A DNA stretch of 64,000 nt from assembly GCF_018977255.1 (NCBI RefSeq), contig NW_024704810.1:62001-126000 (forward strand), in the 5' to 3' direction. The notes beneath the pieces were generated by a model. That model worked only from the letters and a program-made list of their open reading frames with translations, searched no databases and had not been told where the DNA came from. This document shows, piece after piece, positions 23,830-36,915 of this stretch (position 1 is its first letter; every line of letters begins with the position of its first letter). The translations under genes and the position numbers were made by a program. The stretch is from Callorhinchus milii (Eukaryota).

Positions 23830-26800
23830 CAGTGTGTGTGTGATGCTACTTGAGTTGGTCGGGTTTAAATGTCATGTGTGACTTTTTGATGCAGTGTCTG
23901 GTATCAATGTGAGTGAAGTATTAATGGACTGTGTCGTATTAATGTTTTTTTAGGATTCTAATTGTATGTGTGAGTTTTAAAAGGTTGCGTCGAATATTAT
24001 TGTGGTGTTAATGGTGAGTCGGGTGTTAACGTTGTTTGTGGAATGAGTGGGGTGTATGGTATTAATGTAGATTGTTGTACTAATTCGGTATGTGGTATCA
24101 ATAGTTTGTGTGGTATTAACGGGGATTGTGGGGTACTAATGCGGTATGTGTGGTACTTTTTGAGAGAGTGGCCTATTAAATGACTGTGGGTATTATTGGG
24201 GTCTGGTATATTAATGGTGTGTGGGTTATTAACTGTTTGATTGTTACGAATGGAATTGCGGGGAATTAATGTGGTAATCATGAGGTGCAGGTTATTTATG
24301 TGCTGTGGGTTATTCATTTGGTGGGAGTACTAATGGGGTGGTTGGTGTCAATGGAGTGTGTGGTATCAATAGGGCGTATGTTTTTAATGGGCTCTGGTAT
24401 TAAAGAAATGTGTCTTATAAATCTGGTTTGTGGTAATAATGGGGAGTGTGGGGAAATATTTTGGTTTGTGTGTGGATATTGATGGGGGAATTTGGGTACT
24501 AATGTTGTGTATGAGGTGTTAATGTTGTGTGGGTTATTAATGGGGTGCAGGGTATTAATCAGGTGTAGCTTATTAACAGAGGATAAGCATTGATTGAGTG
24601 TGTGATATTAATGTAGTCCGTGGTAATAATGTGGTACGTGGTATCAATGGGGTGTTTGTGATCTCAGTGGGGTGTGCGGGTATTAATGAAGTGTCTGGCA
24701 TATTTATCTGGTTTTGCGGTATTAATGGCGTTTATGGGGTATTATTGCTGAGCGGGATATAAATGGTGTGTGGGTATTAATGCGTTGTGTGGTATTAATT
24801 TGGTGTGTGGGACATTGATGGAGTATTCGGCAATAATATAGTGTTAATTGAGCGTTTGGGTTGCTCATGCGGTGTGCGGCCTATTGATGGGGTGTATTCG
24901 GCAGTACTCTGGTATGGTGTTTGAATGTGGTGAGGACTTTGAATGGGACTGGGATAATTAATAGGATGGAGTTTAGTAATGGATTGTGTGGTTTTAAATT
25001 GTGGGGTATTAATGGGGTGTATTGTTTATTAACGTGAGTGGTTGGCATCAATGGGATCTGTAATATTAACGTGTTGTGGGAATGAATTGGGTGTGTGGGA
25101 TATTAATGGATTGTGTTTTAAAAAGGGTTTTCGTGTATTAATGGGGTATGGGCTATGAATGTGTTTCGGGTTATTAAAGGGGTAATGGTTCAGTGTTAAA
25201 GGGATGTGCTGAAGGAGTGTGTGGTAATAATGATTTGTGGGGTATTATTGAATTGTCGGGTATTAATTGGTTGTGGTTTATTAATGGAATGTATGGTGTT
25301 ATTGGGCATTTTTGTACTAATTGTTTGTGTGGTATTGATGGCGATTATGGTATTAATGGCGGTTGGGATATTTATAGGGTGTGTTGTATTAATGCGGTGT
25401 GTGGTTTTAATGAATTTGTCGTAGTAATGTGGTATTAACTGAGTCTGTGTTGTATTAATGGGGCGTCTGTTGTACGAGTGAGGCGTATGGGGTTCCACTG
25501 GTGTATGGGTGTTATTTCTTTATGGGCTATTAATAGGGTGAGAGGAATTAATGGCATGTGGTATATTAAGTGTATGCTTTATTTTGAAATTGAATGCGCT
25601 ATTAATGGGCTGTGTTGGGTATTAATGTGGTCTGGATGTTAATGGGTATGGGTAGGCAATGGGATTTGACGTATTAGTTGTTTGGGTAAGATATTAATTG
25701 GAGTGTGTCGAGTAATAATGGGATATGTGGGATACTAATGGGACACAATGGGATATTAATGGTACATGGGGTATTAATGAGTTGCTTGGTAATAGTGGAG
25801 TGAGGGATATTAATGGGGTGCGGTTTGATAATGGACTGTGTGGCATTAATTGTTGTGGTGTGTTAATGAGATGTGTTGTGTATTAATGGATTGGTTGGGT
25901 TATCAATATAATATGGATTATTAATGGCGTGTGTTGTTTATTATTGGTGGGTTCTGGAGTTTGTGGAATATTATTGAGGTTTATGCAGCATTAATGGGCT
26001 GGTTTGCGTATTAAAAGGGTATATTTTTTCAGTGCGGTGTAGGTATCAATGGGATGTGAGGTATCAATGGAATATTATTGGCGAGTGGAATTAATGGGGT
26101 GTTTAGCAATTATGAGTTGTGTGGTATTGGGTTGTATACTATTAATGGAGTGTGTTTTACATTATTGGATGTGGTGTATTAATGGCGTGTGGGGTGTTAA
26201 TTGAATTTGTGGTATTAATGTCGAATGTTGTATTAGTGGGCTGTATGGTGCTAATGAGGTATTATCCTGGTGTGTGGGCCATTACTGTGGTGTGTGGGGA
26301 ACTAATAGAGTTGATGGAGTTTCAATGGTATATGGAGTATTAATTGGGTGTGCGGTATTAATGGGAAGTGGCGTGTTAGTGGGGTATTCAGTTTAATAGA
26401 ATTTTAATAATGGGCTGTGTGATATTATTGAAGTGTGGGACATTAATTTGGTGTCGGATATCAATGGAGTTTGGGGTATTAATGTGGTTAGGGTTAGGTG
26501 ATGAAGGGGTATGTTGAATGGGTGTGTGGTACTAACGGGTTGTGAGTATTAATGGGGCGTGGTGTGTTAATGATTTGTGGCGTATCCATGAGAATTGGCG
26601 TATTAGTGGCGTGTGGAGTTCAGTGGAGCTTTAATAATGGGCTGTGTGGTACTAATGGGACGCGTGATGTTAACAGAGTATGCTGTATTAATGGGGCGAG
26701 TGTTAGTAATTTTTGCATGTGCTAATAATGGGGTGTGTGGTATTAATATGATGCTTCGGATTTCAATAATTTTTGTGGGGTATTAATGGGAACTGTGTGT

Positions 26801-29800
26801 ACTAATGGAGTGTATGTGTTTCAATGTGGTGTGCGGTATTAATATTATGGGGTATTTATCTGTTATATAGTGTTAATGCATTTTGTTGTATGAATGCGTT
26901 GTGTGCTGTCAATGGGGTTTGTGTTATCAATTGGCTGTTTGGTTGTAATTTTGTGTTTGATAATAATGGGGTGTGTTGTATTAATGTGTTGTTTGGGATT
27001 TTATTGGCGTATGTGGGGTATTAATTGCATCTGTGTGTACTTTTGGGGTGTATGGGTATAAATGTAGTGTGTGGTGTCAATAGTGTATGGATTATTTATC
27101 TGCTGTACGGTGTTAATGCTGCGTGTGATATTCATGGGATGTGTGGGTTATTGCTGGGGTGTGTGGGGTATTCACGGTGTATATGGTGTAGCAATCCGTT
27201 TTGTGTGGTATTAATTCGTTGTGGAGCATTAATTGGGTGTGGGTTACTAATTATGCCTGGAGGACGAATGGGATATAGGGAATTAATGTGGTGCCTGTTA
27301 AAGCGCTATAGGGTATTAATGCGCTTTGTGGTATTAATGCGGTGTTTGCAATATTAATGTCTTGTGGGATATTAATGGGTTGTGTAGGGTATTAGTGGGT
27401 TGTATGGGGTATTAATCGCGTTTGCGTTATAAACGTGATGTGGGGCATTAATGGTGTGTGGGTTATTTATGGGATGTAGTGTATTACTGAGGTGTGTATG
27501 GTATTAGTGGAATTTGTGGGGTATCACCGGGGTGTGTGGTATTAATATGCTGTTAATGCGGTGTGTGTTCTTAATGAACTGTTTAGGATATTATTATTAA
27601 TAGTAACACTAATCCTTGCCTTTGAAATAGCGCTTTTCACGTCCACTGGAAGTCTCAAAGCGCTTCTCAGAATAGACTGTAAAGTGAGTTGACTGTATAT
27701 TTGTGTCGAACTGCGGCAGCCAATTGCGAGCAGCGGTGTCCCACAAAGACTCGTGGATTGAAGTGACCAATTTATTTTAAGTTTTTTCTTTCTTGAGTGA
27801 TTATTATCAGGCGAGTTGAGTAATTAATGGGTTCTTTGGGTTATTTATGTTGTGCGGGGGCACTAACGGGATGTATGGGGTATTAATGTAGTTTGGTTTA
27901 TTAATGGGCTATAGGATTTAATGGATGGTGGGGTACTAATGGAGTGTGTGGTATGAAATTGGTGTGTGGTATTGACAAAGTTTATGGTATTAATGGGTTA
28001 TGTGGTATTAATGGTGCCTGTGGTATTAATGGGTTATGTAGCAATAATAATAAAAATAATCCTTGAATTTGATATAGCGCTTTTCACATCTTCTAGACGT
28101 CTCAAAGTGCATCACATATTATGCTGGAAAGTGAATTGATCATTATTTGTGGGCAATACGTGGCAGCCAATTGCGCACAGCAGTGTCCCACAAACAGTCG
28201 TGCAATGAAAACGACCAATTTATTGTTTTTTTGTTTCGGAGGGAGTATTATTAGACGTGTGGAGTAAGTAAACTTGCTCAAGGTTTCACCCTGACGCATG
28301 TGGCCCACATCCGTAAATATGAAGAGACATCAAGTAACCGTGTTGTAAGGAGGTACATGGTTTCGGTGCCTGCCTTGACTTTACTTCCTGGCTTGGAAAT
28401 GAAGTGAAGTACAACCATCTTTACTATGCTCCAACCTTATAAATCCAGTTTTCAAATTTATTTATTCAGAATTTATTTATTTATTATTTAGAACTACAGC
28501 ACGTGCCAAACACAGCACATATGTTTCTGCATCCCAACTTCTAGCCACGCCAAATCAAAATCCAAAATGCAATCGTATTTGTGGTATGAATTGGGCTTGT
28601 GGGGCATTAATGGAATTGATGGGGGATAGTTTGCTGTGGGTATTAATGGGGTTTGGGGTACTAAAGGAGTGTGTGGGGTTGAGGGATATGACGTGCTACT
28701 TGGGTATAGTTTTCTAATGGGTTGTTGTGTATTAATGGGCTGTCGGATATCAATGGAGTGTGCTGTAATAATAGTGTGGGTTTATTTACGGAATGTGGGG
28801 TATTAATGGTTTGTGGATTATTAATGGGGTGTATTTTACCCCATATCAATGTGGTGTATTTTATTCATTGGTGCGTGGTAGTAATGTTGTATATGCTAAT
28901 AATATGGTGTGTGGTATTAATGGCGTCTTTGGGATTTTTATGTGTTATCTGGGGTTTTAATGTGGTCTGTGAGGCGCTAAAGGGATACTTGGCGTATTAG
29001 CGTTGTGCGTGGCATCAATACTGTATGGGGAGTTAATGCTTTTTGTGGAAATAAGGGTATGTGTGATATTAATGGAGTGTAGGATTATTAAAGAGGTGTG
29101 CGTTAATAATGGGGTTTCTGTGGCATAAATTCGTTGTGTGGCATATTGTTGGTCTGTTGCGGGATACTAGTGAAGGGTATGATGTGCTAATGGGTTGTGT
29201 GTTTTAGTAATGGGGCTTAAGTTACTAGTGGGGTCTGTGTTAATAATGGGTTGTGAGGAATCAATATTTTATGGAGTATTTATCTGTTTGATATGAATGA
29301 ATTTTGTAGTATCTGCGATGTGCAAGATATTGTTGCGGTGTGTGGGGCATTGATGGAGTATTCGGTATAAATGGACGTGTGGGTTATTAATGCAATCTAT
29401 TAGGTATTGATGGTGTGTGGGGTGTTAATGGTGTGTAGCAGTATTAATGGTGTGTGGGGTAACAGTGAGGTGTGTGCTTTCATGGGGATTGTGTACGAAT
29501 GTGATGTGCGGATGTTAATGGGATGTGGGTATTAAAGTGGTGTGTGGGGTTCTGGTGGGGTGCGCGTGGTATTAATGTGGTATATGGAGTATCAATGGGG
29601 CATTAATGGGTTGTGAGCTACTAGTGTTTTGTGGCATTACTGGAGTGTGTGGTGTTAATAACTCTGAGGTATAAATGAGGTTTGTGGTATTAATAGAGTG
29701 TACAGTTTTATTGAAGGGTTTTGGGTATGAATGGGTGTGTCGGGTGTTAATGGGCTCTGGGTTATTATTATGGTGGTGTGCCAATTAGTTGCGTGTGTGG

Positions 29801-30465
29801 GTACTAATGGGATGTCGGTTATTAATGGGGTTTGCGAGCAATGATATTTTGGGAAAAGAATGGGGTGTGGTTGTTGATGGGATGTGTCCAGTGCTTTGGG
29901 AGGTCCTCCCAACGTGAAAAGCGCTACATCAATGCAAAGTGGGTGTTGTTGTTGGTATTACTGGTTTGTGGATTGTTAATGAGCCATGTGGTATTAATGG
30001 GATGCGTGGTATTAATGTGCATTTTGATATTAATGTGTGTAGTATTGAGGGGATATTTGGGATGTGAATGGTGAGCATGGGTTATTAATTGTGAGCATGA
30101 TGTACTAATGGGGTGTTGTATTAATGGGGTAAGTTGTTTCAATGGCTTGTGTGGTATTAATGAAATGTATGTGTTATAGGTTTAATTTGGCGTTGGTGTT
30201 ATATTATTTGTGTGCACAGTGTACCAATGAGCTACTAATGGGATGTGGGGTATTAATGTCGTGACGGGTATTGATGCTGTGTTATGTGTTGAAGGTGTGT
30301 GGCATTACAGAGGCGAGCCATATTATTGGAGTGTGATCGGTATTAATGCGATATGTGAGTACTAATGGGCTGTGGCTTATCAATGGGGTTTAGCGTATTA
30401 GTTGGTTGTGTGGGTTATTAATGGAGTGTGTGGGGTACTAATGTGCTGCATTGTGGTGTATTAAT
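23830..30465 (+). repeat. ~6.6 kb degenerate satellite, ~18-bp monomer (T)GTGGTATTAATGGG(G/T)(T/G)
   Basis: Period 18 is clear at 27985-28040 (tggtattaatgggttatg / tggtattaatggtgcctg). The plus strand is G+T-rich. Interrupted by SINEs at ~27595-27815, 28050-28290 and 29880-29950, and by unique sequence at ~28290-28590. Confidence 0.9.
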
Positions 30466-30734
30466 CACACTCGAACACTCATACACTCTCACAAACAAAC
30501 TCACACACTCATCCTCTCTGACAGACTCTCACAGACATTTCCAAACTCTCACACTCACGCACACGAACACACACATATTCTGAAGCCCACAATCACACAC
30601 TCTCTCTCTCTTTCTTATTCGCTGCCACTAACCTGATCCCGATCAGCCTCAGTTGTCTTGCAGCTCGGGGCTGCTATCTCTCCGGACGGCCCTCGGCCAC
30701 GTTTGAGCTTTTCCTCCTTCAAGACGTACTCTGT

Positions 30735-31330
30735 CCCCGCCCACTCGCTCCTCATTGGTTCAATCCCAACACCTGCCGCCTCAACCAGAGCTTTCCATAG
30801 GTCTGTCTAATTGTCTAATTGAATACCGTGCTCTGATAGGTCCATGTGTAAGTCAATCATCTCTAATCCTCCACGCCATCCGCTTCCTGTTCAACCGTGA
30901 CTATGTCACCGCCCACCCGCACCCCATTGGACAATTCCAACACCCGCCCCGACTGTCAGGTCTTCCCATTCGTCTGTCTGTACATTAATCAATAGTCGCT
31001 CTTTGATGGGTCCAGGTCGACGTCAATCATCTCCTCTCCTACCTGCCCCTCGTTCTCTCCAACCTTCAAACTTTCCCCACCCACACGCTTTCTATTGGTC
31101 CATTCAGTTACCCCCGCCCCCACAACCAGAGCTTATGAATGGTCAGTTGAGTTGGCAATCAGACTGCGTTCTCTGATCGTCCCGTCTCCATCAATCACCT
31201 CAGCTACTTCCTGCCAGGCGCACTTTCTCCACCGCCACTCTCTCTCCGCCAACTCGCTGCCTATTGGCTCTATCCATCACTCAAGTGCTTTCGATTGGTC
31301 AGCCCGGCTGTCAATCTGCTGCCCTCTTCG
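30735..31330 (-). promoter_or_regulatory. ~3.5 diverged copies of a ~170-bp GC-box/CCAAT/TGATTGA module
   Basis: ATTGG at 30754, 30926, 31094 and 31263, each preceded by cc(g/a)ccc-like sequence. TCAATCA at 30853, 31023 and 31191. Confidence 0.55.
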
Positions 31331-31589
31331 GACTTCCTCTTTCCCAGCTTCACCCCCAGCCCGTGTTTACCTTCTATCAGTAGGAACCCGCCTGTTTGTC
31401 TAATGGCATCAGTTTTCCGAGGGTCATAGACCCGGCAATTGTTTGTAAAAGTCTTAATAATTCGATCGCTTCCAAGTTACAGCGGTAAATTCACTGACTT
31501 CGCCTTACAATGTATCCAGCACTGAGACGTCTCGAAGACGTGATGAGGCGCTGTATAAAATGCCCATTATTATTATTGTGATTATTATA

Positions 31590-31870
31590 AATATTATACA
31601 ACGGCACCGCTAACGACACCACGTACGTGACGTAGGGAGACGGGCAGGCTGCATACGCGGTGTCGTCCGCACGTCTACCCGCCTCAGTATGCGTGTGTGT
31701 GTGTTTATGTGTTTGAATGTCTGCACTTCACTGCTCCGCCATATTGAACGGCACAGCTTCCCCGCTGTGTGTGCGTTTCTCTCGTGTCGACTCTCTGTGG
31801 TGCCGCTCACGTAACGCACGCACGTATATCTTTCTCCGGTTCTCACTCACGTAACATCACCACTGCTCCT
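31590..31870. promoter_or_regulatory. CpG-rich promoter-like core
   Basis: High CpG density against a CpG-poor background. YY1-like CCGCCATATT (~31737), CACGTACGTGACGT (~31620) and TCACGTAAC twice. Confidence 0.5.
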
Positions 31871-31886
31871 CTCCTTGACAGCGAAT

Positions 31887-32308
31887 GACACGCCCACTGT
31901 CTCTCAGGTAACTGTTGATTGACAAGAAAGAGGGACACGCCCACAATCTCTCTGGTAACTGTTGATTGACAGGAAAGTGAGACACGGCCACTGCCTCCCT
32001 GGTAACTGGTGATTGACAGGAAAGAGAGACACGCCCACAGACTCCCTGGTAAAGGTTGATTGACAGGAAAGAGAGACACGCCCACAGTCTCTCTGCTAAC
32101 TGTCGATTGGCAGGAAAGTGAGTCACGCCCACTCTCTCCCTGGTAAGTGTTGATTGATAGGAAAGTGTGACAGCCCACTGTCTCCCTGGTAACTGTTGAT
32201 TGATAGAAAAGAGAGAAACGCCCACTCTCTCACTGGTAACCAGTTATTGACAGGAAAGAAATACACGCCCACTCTCTCACTGGTAACTCGTGAATGACGT
32301 GAGACACA
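31887..32308 (+). repeat. 9 x 47-bp minisatellite GACACGCCCACTGTCTCCCTGGTAACTGTTGATTGACAGGAAAGAGA
   Basis: Unit starts at 31887, 31934, 31981, 32028, 32075, 32122, 32169, 32215 and 32262. Confidence 0.95.
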
Positions 32309-32849
32309 GCAACTTATACTATGATTAATATTGTTATTATTCCCCCGGCTGGGAGTTAGTATCCGTCAATATTATGCACTGATACGGTGCCCAGTGTGGA
32401 GCGGAGGCGCTGTATAAGTTCATATTCTCCTACCTCTTTTCATTGTTGTATTATTTTGATTATTAATTTCCATAAACAACTAAAACCAGTTGCGTTTGTA
32501 TAGCGGACTCCACATTGGGTGACTTCCCAGGGCTTTACAATGGAGGAACCTGATATTGCATTGTACATACATCACAATGGACGACATACAACCATAATAA
32601 ATACGAACCAAATAATTATATCATCTGCTAAACAAAACAATGTCAAAAAACTCTGAACACCCAGTGAATTCCTGTGTCAATACGATTTGTTTCTGAAATA
32701 ATAATATTAATAATAATAATAATCCTTACATTTGATATAGCGCCCATGAAAATACGCTGTCAATTAACTTTACAGTATAATATGTGAAGCACATTGAGAC
32801 TTCTAAAAGACATGATAAGGCAGAACTTGCAAAGCAAATAATACAATTA

Positions 32850-35800
32850 TTGTTAAAAGCAAATTGGAAGCTTAAAGCGGGTTTCTGTTAAGAGAAATGT
32901 AAAGACAACGTTCCTTTACATTTATTCTGCTGTTGAGTTGAGCTGTTTTTCTCGCTTTTCCAGTTAAATGTTTGAGCCTTTTCGCATGAGGTGTTGTGTG
33001 GTATGTGCTTTATATCCGGTAATGCTGTTGAGGTGACACCATGACAAAGTACATGACATATCACCCATTGTCGTTTAATACTATGTACAATATTGAGCTG
33101 ATCTGGACTCTAATACCAGGAGAAAATCCCTTCTTTTTCCCAAATAGCATCTCAGAATATTTAAGGTCTATCCTGAACACGGCACAAACTAGATCTGAGT
33201 TGATCACTGCGTCCTAGACAGCGAGAAAGAGAGGGAAAGAGAGACTAAGAATGTGAGAGGCAATGGGCGTAAGAGACAAAGATAGTGTGAGAGATTCAGA
33301 GAGAGAGAGAAAGAGAGAGAGGGTTTCAGAGACACAAAAGGAGAGCGAGAGCTTTGATAGTGTGAGAGAGCGAGGCAGCGTGTGAGTGAAGCTGATAAGC
33401 TAACATCCTGAAAATGGTTCAGCTACGCATCAGCTTTTGCAATTTGAAAGCATGTTCAATATTAAGCATTTCGTACAACTTAAATTGAGTTACTCTGTAA
33501 TATAACAATTGAAGAAACTCCCATCTCACTTCCTGATAACATCTCGGGTTCTTAATATATGTCATCCACACAACACAGACAAAGGTCTGTTGAACCTCTC
33601 ATTTTAAAACCTATGATAAACAAACGGTAAGCTTGAGTGAGAGCGAGAGCGACTATGTTTGCGAGAGGCATACAGTGTGAGAGACGCATAGCGGAAGATT
33701 GGGAGTGGTAATGTGAGAGATACACAGGGAGAGGGCGATTGGTAGAGTGACAGAGAGACACATTGTGGTTGACAGAGAATTTGAGAGACACAGTTGAAGA
33801 GAGACTGAGAGAGTGAGAGACAAGGTGTGTGAGTGATATAGACTTTGAGAGAAACATATTGAGGGTGACTGAGAGTGTCAGAGACACATGTAGAAATAAA
33901 CAGACTGAGAGTTTGAGCGACACAGTATTTAAGAGGGTGGGAGAGAATGCGAGAGTCACAGTGTTTGTGCATGAGAGAAACTGAGAGTGTGAGCAATGCT
34001 CCAATCGAATTTCACATGAATTACATTAATTTGCACAAAAAACTAATCTTCCGACGCGAAAGCGCGACACAAATGTAACTTGTTTTAGATTTTATTAAAC
34101 TTGCATATTGAAAGATAAAAATATTAGCTCCTCCTGTGGTCAGCCGAGGTTTTGCAGGCTGGAGAGCAGCTTCCTAATCTGATTATAATGTTTTTAAAAG
34201 CAGACAAGACATCAGGTCTGGGGAACTCTCAATTAATCGAATATTATGTATTGTGTTGCTGGTGAGACCAGAAAGAAGGTCAATGGAATCTCCCAATCGG
34301 CAGTGAGTGTTTCGGCTGCTGTGAATGTGGATTAGGGCAGGTAATGTGGCAGAGTTGAAAAAAAGTGGTCCTGGTCAGCAATGCATTTGGGAAAGAAAAC
34401 AATGCTGTTGTTGACCCGTTTTCCTATTTTTTCTGATTAAATTTGTGCGTTTGATGTGTTACTTTCTCATTTTCTGGCATATATGCACTTTCATCCCAAA
34501 GAACATCTTGTCAGAAATATAGAATATTTCTCTGAAACGTCTCGATGAAGTGTTGAAGCAAATTCAATGATTACTACTATTACTAAAAATCAGATTTGAG
34601 ATTCGCAGTGTGTTTACTGTCCAAAGACAGATAGAGAAACAGTTCCGCAAAATAAATTCTGTATTCCAGTTTAGTCTCTTTTACTTTTGCATTTGAATGT
34701 TTGATCACTTTTTGGAGGGCGATTTGTGTGGTTTTTGCTTGATATCAGTTAACGGTGCTAAGCTAACCCCATGACAGTGTTCAGCTGCACAACAGCCTTT
34801 GCCATTTCACAACAGGTCCAATAGCATCCATTTCATGCAGCTAAAAAAACGTGGAGCAACTCTCTTCTCTTCACGTTCTATATTTCAAGGGTTTTTCTCA
34901 GAGACACAGGCGAAATCTCTCATTCTCTGTGTCTGAAGATTTTCTCCGTTTTAAAACTGATCAAAAGTGGGCATCGGAAATTTCTTTTAATTGCATTTTG
35001 TGAATGTAGGAGCTGCAGAGACGAGCGAACATGATTTAATCCAGCCGGGAATTTACGAAGGCATGGATGAATATTTTGGTTGCTGTGGATGTGAGATATG
35101 GATTGAGGCGAGAAATGTGGTGGAATGGGAAAAAAAAAATTCTGTTCAGGCAATGGATGTGGGGTAGAAAGCAAAGAGTTGATGACGAGATTTGCTTATT
35201 TTACTGATTAAAATTTTGCATTTTAAGTGCTCCCTTCTAGTTCTCGGACTGAAATGCGCTTTGATTCTGAATAACATTTTGTCTGAAATATTGAATATGC
35301 CTCTTCACGTCTCGAAGACTTGAAGAGGCGCTATATGAAATGCAAGTAACATTATTATTATGATTGAAAAGCATTATTGAAATTCGAAGCGTGTGTGCGG
35401 CCCAGAGAAATTTAGAGTCAAATATCAGGTAAAGAAATTCTGCTTTTCTGTTCAGTTGATTTTTCCATTTACAATTAAATATTTGAGTCGCTTTTTCCAG
35501 GGAGGTGTTGTGTGGTTTGTGCTATATATCCGGTAACGATGCTAAGCCAATACCATGAAAGTGTTTCAGCCACACGTCAGCCTTTGCCATTTTACACTAT
35601 GTCCAATATTAATACTTTCTTACAGATTATATTGGACTGGTCTGGAATCTAACATATGGAGAAACACTCTTCTCTTTTCCCAATGGCGTCTCCGTACCTT
35701 TAATATTTGTCTTGGAAGCAGCACAAACTGAAACTCAATTTACCGTCTTATCTTAGATCGTAAAATAGACTGTCGGAGAGAGAGAGGGAGAGAGAAAGTG

Positions 35801-36915
35801 GGAGAGACTAAGATTGTGAGACACACAATTTGTGAGAGAGACTGACGGCGAAAGACACATAGGGAGAGAGAAATAGTACAGCGAATGAAAGAGTTTGCGA
35901 GTGAGATAGAGCTAGAGAAAGAAATTGTGAGTGACACAGTGTGTATGTGACAGTAAATTTGAACGAAACAGATGGAGGAAGACTGAGAGTGTGCAAGGTG
36001 GAGACAGAGGCAGCGAGAATGTGAGCTGCACAGTGTTTCAGAGTGTGAGAGAATGTATGAGATACATAGTGTGTGTGAGAGAGACAGAGTGTGAGCAATG
36101 TGACCAGAAGATTTCACATGAATTACATTAATTTGCACAAATAGCTGAACTGCCGAAGTGAAAGCCGCTATGCGAATGTAATTTATATGATATTGGATTA
36201 AATTTGCAGCTTGCAAACAGAAATATTGGCTCGCTAAGCGGTCAACCGAGGTGTTGCAGAGTGAAGGCTGGCTTCCTTATCTGATTGTAATGGTCTCAAA
36301 ATCCATCAAAAGAGCAGGGCTGAGAACTCACAAATAAGCGAATATTGTGAATTGTGCAGCTGTGAGATCAGCCAGGAGGGCAGATTTGAGATTTCAGATT
36401 AGTTTACTGTCCAGAGAAATACGGAAACAAAACACCGCTAAATAAATTATGTTTTTCCGTTTAGTTTTTTCCTTTCTCCGTTAAATGTTTGAGATCTTTT
36501 TGCTGGGAGTTGCTGTGCGGTTTGTGCTTCATATCCGGCAAAATTGCAAAGCTAACACCATAACAGTGGTTCAGCTACACATCACCTTTTGCCATTTACA
36601 AAATATCCAATATTGACCCTTGCGTACGCCTTAAATTGATCTGGTCTGTATATGTATATATGTATATAGAGAGAGAGAAAGTTTGTAAGACAGATTGATA
36701 GTGTTAAGGAACAATATGGGGAGTGTGAGTGAGTGTTTGAGAGATGTAGAAAGAGAGTCTGCTTGGGTTTGTGAGAGAAACAGACAGAGAGAGTGCGAGA
36801 GTCACAGTTTGTGTGTTAAAGAAGCTTTGAGATTCACAGATGGAGAGAGACTGAGAATCTGCGAGAAACATTGTGTGTTTGACAGATATTGTGAGAGTAG
36901 CAGATGGATGGAGAC
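32850..36915 (+). repeat. Older diverged tandem modules (AT-rich block + (GA)-rich block)
   Basis: Anchor motif gtg(t/c)ggt(t/a)tgtgct..atatccgg at ~32995, ~34725 (more diverged), ~35515 and ~36515. ttcacatgaattacattaatttgcaca at ~34010 and ~36115. Confidence 0.7.

Noticed and set aside
23997-30142. ORFs with INTPH/CVVLM repeats
   Set aside because: Translations of the 18-bp satellite on both strands, with frequent stops and frameshifts.
31887-32308. CRISPR-like appearance of the 47-bp array and of the 21.5-23 kb core/spacer array
   Set aside because: Eukaryotic locus with no cas genes. The 47-bp units have no unique spacers, and the other array's spacers are microsatellite-like.
32960-36545. 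Repeated ATGTTTGA..ATATCCG|GTAA modules as alternative leader exons
   Set aside because: Lengths of 51, 52, 53 and 54 nt mean the frame is not conserved. ATG or donor is lost in most copies and the peptides are not signal-like.
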